DNA of 64,000 nucleotides, taken from Amphiscolops sp. MND2022 (taxonomy: Eukaryota). The translations under genes were made by a program, and so were the position numbers. Below, one piece after another: positions 1-9,700 of the stretch. Under the pieces are notes generated by a model. It had not been told where the DNA came from, searched no databases, and worked only from the letters and a program-made list of their open reading frames with translations. Position 1 is the stretch's first letter; each line of letters opens with the position of its first letter. Location of the stretch: positions 70,744,001 to 70,808,000 of the forward strand of contig OZ076409.1 in the NCBI GenBank assembly GCA_964187785.1, written 5' to 3'.

Positions 1-404
1 TCAAGTGTGTTTTTGAGTATGTTTGTATTACTTTAGAATCAATTAGAGCTTCAAGAAAAGTTTGCCAACGACAAAAACTATGTCGTGATGATTCCGTTAT
101 TAGAATGATAGTTAACAAAAGGTTGATAAAGTTGATTTTTTACATTTCAAATGTGTCCCAAATGCCAGCAAACCTCTTTACCAAACAAATGGTATTGATT
201 GGATTGTATATAACAGCTAATAAAAGTTCAAATTGAATATTACGTTTCATTATGGAAGCTGAAACGTCAAATTATAGTTTAATTAACGTCAACGCCACAT
301 ACTTTACATCAACGCCCACCGTCCGTAGGCATGCCGAGGCATGCCTTTCGACGACGTATACCAAATTCCACCCACACAACACCCTCGAGCGCGGTAGCAG
401 CTAG
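1..404 (+). repeat. Family A unit, partial (3' end)
   Basis: Matches the last ~400 bp of A units such as 11193-11596 and ends in GCAGCTAG. Confidence 0.93.
289..357 (+). promoter_or_regulatory. Universal right-arm core: 2x TCAACGCC + 20-bp palindrome + TTCGACGACGT (putative protein-binding or origin/termination signal; representative of 36 copies)
   Basis: TCAACGCC at 289 and 309, and AGGCATGCC-GA-GGCATGCCT at 327-346. Conserved in all families. The function is inferred. Confidence 0.6.
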
Positions 405-407
405 GTG
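401..407 (+). other. Invariant junction/crossover core CTAGGTG (representative of 36)
   Basis: It is the only sequence shared by all A/A, A/B, B/A, B/B, A/C and C/A junctions (GCTAGGTG in 35, CCTAGGTG at 62900-62907). Confidence 0.9.
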
Positions 408-437
408 CGGGGGGGTAACCCCTACAAAGATATTGGA

Positions 438-461
438 GGATTCGGGTAGGGTCCTGAATCC
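438..461 (+). other. Left-arm hairpin with AGGG-containing loop (representative)
   Basis: GGATTCGGG-TAGGGT-CCTGAATCC. Equivalent stems with different sequence occur in all families. Confidence 0.8.
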
Positions 462-1935
462 GAGTTCAGTGCTGCCAGCTATCGTTAGGGATTTTAGAAA
501 ATTTTGCCGATCTCGTGATCTAACCGTAGGATTTTAAAGTTGGAGCGGCCCCCACCAGATTTTCCAAAGTTATTCGCCCCCCACCGGGTTCCAGCGTGAT
601 TGAAATATTTTGACGGGGTACACGGGCGACCGTTAGGGGTCATTTTGGGGGTAAAATTTATATCCGGTCGCATAACTTTTTTCCTGTTGGTTTAAAACTT
701 TGGGACCCTGCTAAAAGTTTCTTGACCGTGTTGCAGTGGCTCCGGAGGTCCAAACCAAATTTTTCTATCTTGAAGCTATCTCCAAGTACCCCCCCGCCCA
801 AACCGTTATTTTTCCGGAAACGCAGGTTTTTGACCCGGAAGGAGTCGTCTGAGCGCGGGGTCGTTAGGTGATGTATTGGGGACGGCCTTGAGACGAAGCG
901 GGGGACATGTAGTTTGCCGACCCCTGTTTACCCCCCGGACGGGAAATGACCGTTATTTGAGCGGGAAAAATGCCCCCCTCCACGTTTTACCGCTATTTCC
1001 GGTGTGAAGGAGTGGGAGTAGCGCGTCGGGTGTTATATAACAAAAGTAGGTTTAGACAAGGACCTATCGGAAATATGTAGTTTGGGACCCCCTGGACCAA
1101 CCCGTTAGCGGGAAATGGGGCTTCCGCCTCCTTTTTTTACTGCTAAAACCGTAAAATGGGCATTGAGGGGTAAATATCTCGTGAACGCGTGGAGCAATCG
1201 TGTCCATCACTACTACAAGGTTTCATACCCATGATATGGTGCCTTCAGGGGGGCAAACAGATTTCCGCTATCTATCACCGTTACCGACTTGGCCCCCCAG
1301 CCTAACCGCTATGTGACCGGAAATGTCACTTTTTGAGCCCAAAGGGTCGGTCCCAGCCGGGGAACGTTAGGTAACTTATTGTAGTACTCAATGAGACGAG
1401 TTGGGGGATGTAGTTTCAGTCACCCCCCGTTACCCCTTGGGACCGGAAATGACCGTTATGTGGGTAAAATTGCAATTTTTATACTTTTTCAAGTGTATTT
1501 AGGTGCTGAAGGAGTGGTAATAGGTGCTTGGACACTATATGATGTAATGGAGGTCGTGAGGAGAGCATTCGGAAATAACCGTTATGTTGACCCCAAAGTC
1601 CCCCTGGTACCGTTAACGACCGGAAATGGCCAAATTTTGTGTCTATTGGGTATAAATGTTTGGTATTTTATGGATAAAAGTACCTGGAAGGTGTTTTAAA
1701 GGCCTCCAGAAGTGAACATAGTCATGAAACCTTGTGGGGGGTAACGGTATATAGCACCGGAAGTCCAAACCGTTGGTCACAGAATAGGTTTTTTGGTTTC
1801 AAAATGTCTTTAGGCATAGTTTTGTGGGTTGAATCGTCATAATATCAACTAATACGGACTTTTTTCGGAAATAAAATTTTTTCACATTAGTTTCAGGGAC
1901 CTCCAATGCTTCAGTCAACATAACCGTTACATTTT

Positions 1936-1979
1936 GATAGCCTTTCAAGTTGACCTGGTGTCAACTTGGAAGGGCTATC
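1936..1979 (+). other. 44-bp bulged hairpin of A units (representative)
   Basis: GATAGCCTTT-CAAGTTGAC-CTGGT-GTCAACTTG-G-AAGGGCTATC, one per complete A unit. Confidence 0.85.
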
Positions 1980-2394
1980 CTTCTAAAATCGTTAATCAAG
2001 AGTGTTTTTGGGTAGGTATATGTTGCATTAGTACCAATTAGAGCTTCATCAACAGTTTGCCAACGGCAAGAACGATGTCGTGATAATTCCGTTATGAAAA
2101 TATTAGTTAACAAATTGTTTTCAAAGTTGATTTTTTCCATTAAAAATGTGTCCTAATGCCACCAAATTGAATAAAATAATAAATGGTATTGACTAAAACT
2201 AAATAACAATGAAAAAGAAGATCAACATTTTTATTAGGTCTCACAAAGCTGAAACCTCACGTTTTAGTTTAATTAACGTCAACGCCACATACTTTACATC
2301 AACGCCCACCGTCTGTGGGCATGCCGAGGCATGCCCTTCGACGACGTATACCAAACAATCTCCATATCTACACCCTAACCGCGGTAGCAGCTAG

Positions 2395-3704
2395 GTGCCG
2401 GGATTTCTATTCGATAAAGTATGTGGCGCGTGTGGGTAGGGTCCCTGGCGCGCTCTTGGGTATGGTGTTCACCAGCTAGGAAATAGGGGTCGATTTTTCG
2501 GGATCTCGTAAACTAGCCACACGATTTGGCTGAAATTTGGCACACGTACTCCCCTCGGCACGGTGAAGATGATTTCCTACTGACGTTTTTCCCGCAAAAT
2601 TTTTTTTGTTGTCCAAAATAACGGTTTTTGGGGTAAAATTTTGAATTTTTTTTAAATTTTATCTTATATCTCGCCACCGGTTTAGGCTAGCGCTTCAAAA
2701 CCCTGCTAAAGAAAGCTTGCAAACTGTCTCAGGAATGCGGTGTGAAATTTTCAGCTCAATCGGACTTAAACTCGGGGAGATATAGCGTTTTTCCGGAGCG
2801 GGGGGGTTTCATTTTTCTAACGGTCCAGCTTATCTTAGCCATTTTTTCGAAAATGTACTCGCCTAAAGACCTCCCCTGGCCGGTTTTATTCCCAGCAAAA
2901 CCATTTGGCCCTAAATACGGAGTTTCAGCGTTCCAGCATTCCCGGGCGAAAAGTTGTGGGACTTAGAAAAATTCAAAAATTTTCAAAAAAAATTTTTTCC
3001 GTTTTCCGCCCTCCCCCCCTAGGGGAAAAGACCCCCCAACCAGTAATTTGAGTGAATTCATGTGGAAAGGCCATGTTTAGACGAAAAAATTGCCGTTTAG
3101 AACGTCTTTATATCTCAACCTGAACTTGACTTATGAAGCTTTAAAGGTGATGTTTGGACGTGTGAAGCATGTAAAAAAAGGAATTTTTTTGATTTTATTT
3201 CATCAGAAAGTCATTGAATCACACGCTGTGAAGCCCAGAGCGTGGTTTCTAATAGTTTGGTATCGTTTAAACGCATTTTGGTGTCTTTTTACTCTGTTCA
3301 AAAACTTTTCTCCTGAAAATTAATGAATTTTGATTACTTTTCTTACTTTCCATTAATTTTTTTTTTATATTTTTACTTGAAACAGTTGAGTACATTCCAT
3401 CTCCCTTCCCGGGGGAGATGAGAATGTACTCGCAAAAAGCCGCGAACTACGGCCCATACCTTCCCGAGATACGCAGTATAAAGATAACATAATGGTCCAG
3501 ACATTTTAATGGAGTTGTATCTTGGTAATATGTCTGGATTTGCAGAAAAATCAGCACGTGCCATTTTATACCAAGTTGCTCGCAACGACAATTAATTTAA
3601 ATCAACGCCCCCCACAAAAATCAACGCCCCCCGTCCGTGGGCATGCCGAGGCATGCCCTTCGACGACGTGCACCAAAATATGCCCCGAGCGCGTTAGCAG
3701 CTAG
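2395..3704 (+). repeat. Family B unit, subtype B1 (1310 bp)
   Basis: Starts GTGCCGGGATTTC and its interior is unlike A. It is similar to 61618-62904 and 57062-58335 and carries the same right-arm core. Confidence 0.92.
3388..3431 (+). other. 44-bp bulged hairpin of B units (representative)
   Basis: GAGTACATTC-CATCTCCCT-TCCCG-GGGGAGATG-A-GAATGTACTC, one per B unit. Confidence 0.85.
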
Positions 3705-6700
3705 GTGCGGGGGGGAAACCCCTTCCCTTATCTTGGAGGATTCGGGTAGGGTCCTGAATCCGAGTTCAGTGCCGCCAGCTCTCAGTAGAAATCTGGGCAT
3801 TTTTTTGCGATCTCGTGATCTAACCATAGGATTTTAAAGTTGGAGCGGCCCCCACCAGATTTTCCAAAGTTATTCGCCCCCCACCGGGTTCCAGCGTGAT
3901 TGAAATATTTTGACGGGGTACACGGGCGACCGTTAGGGGTCATTTTAGGGGTAAAATTTATATAATGTCGCATAACTTTTTTCCTGTTGGATTAAAACTT
4001 TGGGACTCTGCTAAAAGTTTCTTGACCGTGTTGCAGGGGCCCCGGATTTCCAAACCAAATTTTTCTATCTTGAAGCTATCTCCAAGTACCCCCCCGCTCA
4101 AACCGTTATTTTTCCGGAAACGCCGGTTTTTGACCCGGAAGGAGTCGTCTGAGCGCGGGGTCGTTAGGTGATGTATTGGGGACGGCCTTGAGACGAAGCG
4201 GGGGATATATAGTTTGCCGACCCCAGTTCACCCCCCGCACGGGAAATGACCGTTATATGAGCGGGAAAAATGCCCCCCTCCACGTTTTACCGCTATTTCC
4301 GGTGTGAAGGAGTGGGAGTAGCGCGTCGGGTGTTATATAACAAAAGTAGGTTTAGACAAGGACCTATCGGAAACATGTAGTTTGGGACCCCCTGGACCAA
4401 CCCGTTAGCGGGAAATGGGGCTTCCGCCTCCTTTTTTTACTGCTAAAACCGTAAAATGGGCATTGAGGGGTAAATATCTCGTGAACGCGTGGAGCATCGT
4501 GTCCATCACTACTACAAGGTTTCATACCCATGATATGGTGCCTTCAGGGGGGCAAACAGATTTCCGCTATCTATCACCGTTACCGACTTGGCCCCCCAGC
4601 CTAACCGCTATGTGACCGGAAATGTCACTTTTTGAGCCTAAAGGGTCGGTCCCAGCCGGGGAACGTTAGGTAACTTATTGTAGTACTCAATGAGACGAGT
4701 AGGGGGATACAGTTTCAGTCACCCCCCGTTACCCCTTGGGACCGGAAATGACCGTTATGTGGGTAAAATTGCGATTTTTGTACTTTTTGAAGGGCAATTA
4801 GGTGCGGAAGGAGTGGTAATAGGTGCTTGGACACTATTTGAGGTAAGGGAGGACGTGAGGCGAGCATTCGGAAATAACCGTTATGTTGACCCCAAAGTCC
4901 CCCTGGTACCGTAAACGACCGGAAATGGTCAAATTTTGTGTCTATTGAGTACAAATGTTTGGTGTTTTATGAATAAAAGTACCTATTAGGTGTTTCGACG
5001 GTCTGCAGTAGTGAACATAGTCATGAAACCTTACGGGGGGTAACGGTATATAGCACCGGAAGTCCAAACCGTTGGAGACAGGATAGGTTTTTTGGTTTGA
5101 AAATGTCTTTCGGCGTACTTTTGTTGACTATTATGGACTATTTTGAAAAATTAAAGTTTTTCCATATAGTTTCAGAGACTCCGAAACCTCAACCAACATA
5201 ACCGTTACCTTATGATAGCCTTTCAAGTTGGCCTGGTGTCAACTTGGAGGGGCTATCCTTCAAAAATCGTTAATCAAGTGTGTTTTTGGGTATGTTTGTA
5301 TCAATTTAGAATCAATTAGAGCTTCAAGAAAAGTTTGCCAACGACAAAAACTATGTCGTGATGTTTCCGTTATTAGAATAGTAGTTAACAAACTGTTGAT
5401 AAAGTTGATTTTTTACATTTCGAATGTGTCCTAAAAGCCAGAAAACCTCTTTAACAAACAAATGGTATTGATTGAATAGTATATAACAGGTAATAAAAGT
5501 TCAAATTGGTTATTACGTTTCATTATTGAAGCTAAAACTTCATAACATAGTTTTATTAACGTCAACGCCACATACTTTACATCAACGCCCACCGTCTGTG
5601 GGCATGCCGAGGCATGCCCTTCGACGACGTATACCAAAAACATACCTAACGACGCCCGTACATCCCGGGCTAGGTGCGGGGGGGAAACCCCAACAAAATT
5701 TTTGGAGGATTCGGGTAGGGTCCTGAATCCGAGTTCAGTGCTGCCAGCTTTCGTTAAGAAAATTTGGATAGGATTCGGGATCTCGTGATCTAACCATAGG
5801 ATTTTAAAGTTGGAGCGGCCCCCACCAGATTTTCCGAAAATTAGCGCCCCCCACCGGGTTCCATACCCCGGAAAATTTTTTTCTGGCCACACGGGCGACC
5901 GTTAGGGGGTCATTTTAGGGGTAAAATTCATATTGGGCCACATAACTTTTTTTCTGTTGATTTAAAACTTTGGGACCCTGCTAAAAGTTTCTTGACCGTG
6001 TTGCAGGGGCCCCGGAGGTCTAAACCAAATTTTTCTATCTTGAAGCTATCTCCAAGTACCCCCCCGCCCAAAACGCTATTTTTCCGGAAACGCAGGTTTT
6101 TGACCCGGAAGGAGTCGTCTGAGCGCGGGGTCGTTAGGTGATGTATTGGGGACGGCCTTGAGACGAAGTGGGGGACATGCAGTTTGCCAACCCCAGTTTA
6201 CCCCCCGGACGGGAAGTGACCGTTATATGAGCGGGAAAAATGCCCCCCTCCACGTTTTACCGCTATTTCCGGTGTGAAGGAGTGGGAGTAGCGCGTCGGG
6301 TGCCATATATCAAAAGTAGGTTTAAACAAGGACCTATCGGAAACATGTGGTTTGGGACCCCCTGGACCAACCCGTTAGCGGGAAATGGGGCTTCCGCCTC
6401 CTTTTTTTACGGTTAAAAACGGAAAATGGGCATTGAGGGGTAAATATCTCGTGAACGCGTGGAGCTACGGTGTCCTTCACTACTACAAGGTTTCATACCC
6501 ATGATATGGTGCCTTCAGGGGGGCAAACAGATTTCCGCTATCTATCACCGTTACGGACTTGGCCCCCCAGCCTAACCGTTAAGTGACCGGAAATGTCATA
6601 TTTTGAGCCCAAAGGGTCGGTCTCAGCCAGGGAACGTTAGGTAACTTATTGTAGTACTCATTGAGACGAGTTGGGGGACATAGTTTCAGTCACCCCCCGT

Positions 6701-9700
6701 TACCCCTTAGGACCGGAAATGACCGTTATGTGAGTAAAATTGCCATTTTTGTCCTATTTGAAGGGCATTTATATGCGGAAGGAGTGGTAATAGGTGCTTG
6801 GACACTATATTAGGTAAGGGAGGACGTAAGGCAAGCATTCGGACATAACCGTTATGTTGACCCTAAAGTCCCCCTGGTACCGTAAACGACCGGAAATGGT
6901 CAAATTTTGTGTCTATTGGGTACAAATGTTTGGTATTTTGTAAATAAAAGTATCTATTAGGTGTTTCGACGGTTTGCAGTAGTGAACATAGTCATGAAAC
7001 CTTGTGGGGGGTAACGGTATATAGCACCGGAAATCCGAACCCTTGGAGACAGGATAGGTTTTTTGGTTTTAAAATGTCTTTCGGCGTAGTTTTGTCAACT
7101 ATTATGGACTATTTTTAAAAATTAAAGTTTTTCCATATAGTTTCAGCGACTCCGAAACCTCAACCAACATAACCGTTACCTTATGATAGCCTTTCAAGTT
7201 GGCCTGGTGTCAACTTGGAAGGGCTATCCTTCAAAAATCGTTAATCAAGTGTGTTTTTGGGTATGTTTTTATCATTTTAGAATCAATCAAAGCTCCAAGA
7301 AAAGTTTGCCAACGACAAAAACTATGTCGTGATGATTCCGTTATTAGAATGATGGTTAACAAAATGTTGATAAAGTTGATTTTTTACATTTCAAATGTGT
7401 CCTAAAAGCCAGAAAACCTCTTTACCAAAAAAATGGTATTGATTGAATTGTATATAACAGGTAATAAAAGTTCAAATTGATTATTACGTTTCATTATTCA
7501 AGCTAAAACTTCATAACATAGTTTAATTAACGTCAACGCCACACACTTTACATCAACGCACACCGTCTGTGGGCATGCCGAGGCATGCCCTTCGACGACG
7601 TATACCAAATACATACCCAAACGACGCCCGTACATCCCGGGCTAGGTGCGGGGGGGAAACCCCAACAAAATTTTTGGAGGATTCGGGTAGGGTCCTGAAT
7701 CCGAGTTCAGTGCTGCCAGCTTTCGTTAAGAAAATTTGGATAGGATTCGGGATCTCGTGATCTAACCATAGGATTTTAAAGTTGGAGCGGCCCCCACCAG
7801 ATTTTCCGAAAATTAGCGCCCCCCACCGGGTTCCATACCCCGGAAAATTTTTTTCTGGCCACACGGGCGACCGTTAGGGGGTCATTTTAGGGGTAAAATT
7901 CATATTGGGCCACATAACTTTTTTTCTGTTGATTTAAAACTTTGGGACCCTGCTAAAAGTTTCTTGACCGTGTTGCAGGGGCCCCGGAGGTCCAAACCAA
8001 CTTTTTCTATCTCGAAGCTATCTCCAAGTACCCCCCCGCCCAAAACGTTATTTTTCCGGAAACGCAGGTTTTTGACCCGGAAGGAGTCGTCTGAGCGCGG
8101 GGTCGTTAGGTGATGTATTGGGGACGGCCTTGAGACAAAGCGGGGGATATATAGTTTGCCGACCCCAGTTTACCCCCCGCACGGGAAATGACCGTTATAT
8201 GAGCGGGAAAAATGCCCCCCTCCACGTTTTACCGCTATTTCCGGTGTGAAGGAGTGGGAGTAGCGCGTCGGGTGTTATATAAAAAAAGTAGGTTTAGACA
8301 AAGACCTTTCGGAAACATGTAGTTTGGGACCCCCTGGACCAACCCGTTAGCGGGAAATGGGGCTTCCGCCTCCTTTTTTTACTGCTAAAACCGTAAAATG
8401 GGCATTGAGGGGTAAATATCTCGTGAACGCGTGGAGCAATCGTGTCCATCACTACTACAAGGTTTCATACCCATGATATGGTGCCTTCAGGGGGGCAAAC
8501 AGATTTCCGCTATCTATCACCGTTACCGACTTGGCCCCCCAGCCTAACCGCTATGTGACCGGAAATGTCACTTTTTGAGCCCAAAGGGTCGGTCCCAGCC
8601 GGGGAACGTTAGGTAACTTATTGTAGTACTCAATGAGACGAGTTGGGGGATATAGTTTCAGTCACCCCCCGTTACCCCTTGGGACCGGAAATGACCGTTA
8701 TGTGGGTAAAATTGCTATTTTTATACTTTTTGAAGGGCATTTAGGTGCGGAAGGAGTGGTAATAGGTGCTTGGACACTATATGATGTAAGGGAGGATATG
8801 AGGCGAGCATTCGGAAATAACCGTTATGCTGACCCTAAAGTCCCCCTGGTACCGTAAACGACCGGAAATGGTCAAATTTTGTGTTTATATGGTACAAATG
8901 TTTGGTATTTTGTAGATAAAAGTATCTATTAGGTGTTTCGACGGTCTGCAGTAGTGAACATACTCATGAAACCTTGTGGGGGGTAACGGTATATAGCACC
9001 GGAAGTCCAACCCGTTGGAGTCAGGATAGGCTTTTTGGTTTTAAAATGTCTTTCGGCGTACTTTTGTCGACTATTATGGACAATTTTTAAAAATTAAAGT
9101 TTTTCCATATCGTTTCAGAGACTCCCGGAAACCTCAACCAACATAACCGTTACCTTATGATAGCCTTTCAAGTTGGCCTGGTGTCAACTTGGAAGGGCTA
9201 TCCTTCAAAAATCGTTTATCAAGTGTGTTTTTGGGTATGTTTGTATCATTTTAGGACCAATTAGAGCTTCAAGAAAAGTTTGCCAACGACAAAAACTATG
9301 TGGTGATGATTCCGTTATTAGAATAATAGTTAACAAAATGTTGATAAAGTTGATTTTTTACATTTCAAATATGTCCTAAAAGCCAGAAAACCTCTTTACC
9401 AAACAAATGATATTGATTGAATTGTATATAATAGGTAATAAAAGTTCAAATTGATTATTACGTTTCATTATGGAAGCTAAAACTTCATAACATAGTTTAA
9501 TTAACGTCAACGCCACAAACTTTTTATCAACGCCCACCGTCTGTGGGCATGCCGAGGCATGCCCTTCGACGACGTATACCAATTTCCTTCCCAATCTACA
9601 CCCACCCGCGGTAGCAGCTAGGTGCGGGGGGGTAACCCCAACAAAATTTTTGGAGGATTCGGGTAGGGTCCTGAATCCGAGTTCAGTGCTGCCAGCTTTC

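Larger units (their letters stand above)
405..2394 (+). mobile_element. Family A unit (1990 bp), putative non-autonomous Helitron-like/rolling-circle element (representative copy)
   Basis: The boundaries are seen directly. The mobile-element call is inferred from the 3' CTAG preceded by GC-rich hairpins, the lack of an ORF, TIR or TSD, and head-to-tail concatenation. The 5' end (GTG) is not the canonical Helitron TC. Confidence 0.55.

Noticed and set aside
327..404. CRISPR array (palindromic repeat followed by a ~35-nt variable segment)
   Set aside because: The repeats are 1.3-2 kb apart, the 'spacers' recur and are related to each other, and there are no cas genes.
399..404. Bracovirus-type AGCT segment junctions
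   Set aside because: AGCT is missing at many junctions (GGCTAG, CGCTAG, GCCTAG), and the units are small and gene-less.
289..410. Kinetoplast minicircle/megacircle concatemer (GGGCGTTG on the minus strand is CSB-1-like; A-tracts)
   Set aside because: The universal CSB-3 GGGGTTGGTGTA was not seen and there are no gRNA-like unique cassettes.
438..480. Hammerhead/HDV ribozyme (retrozyme-type tandem repeat)
   Set aside because: I could not place a conserved CTGANGA...GAAA core or an HDV pseudoknot by eye. A covariance-model search could revisit this.
1936..1979. Bona fide bacterial integron attC cassettes
   Set aside because: There are no RYYYAAC/GTTRRRY boxes, no cassette ORFs and no intI. 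The junction is also 250-420 bp away from the hairpin. It is kept only as an analogy.
405..2394. rDNA, 5S, tRNA, histone or known snRNA repeat unit
   Set aside because: I recognise no rRNA, 5S, tRNA, U-snRNA or histone sequence in any family. An Rfam search would be needed to exclude this fully.
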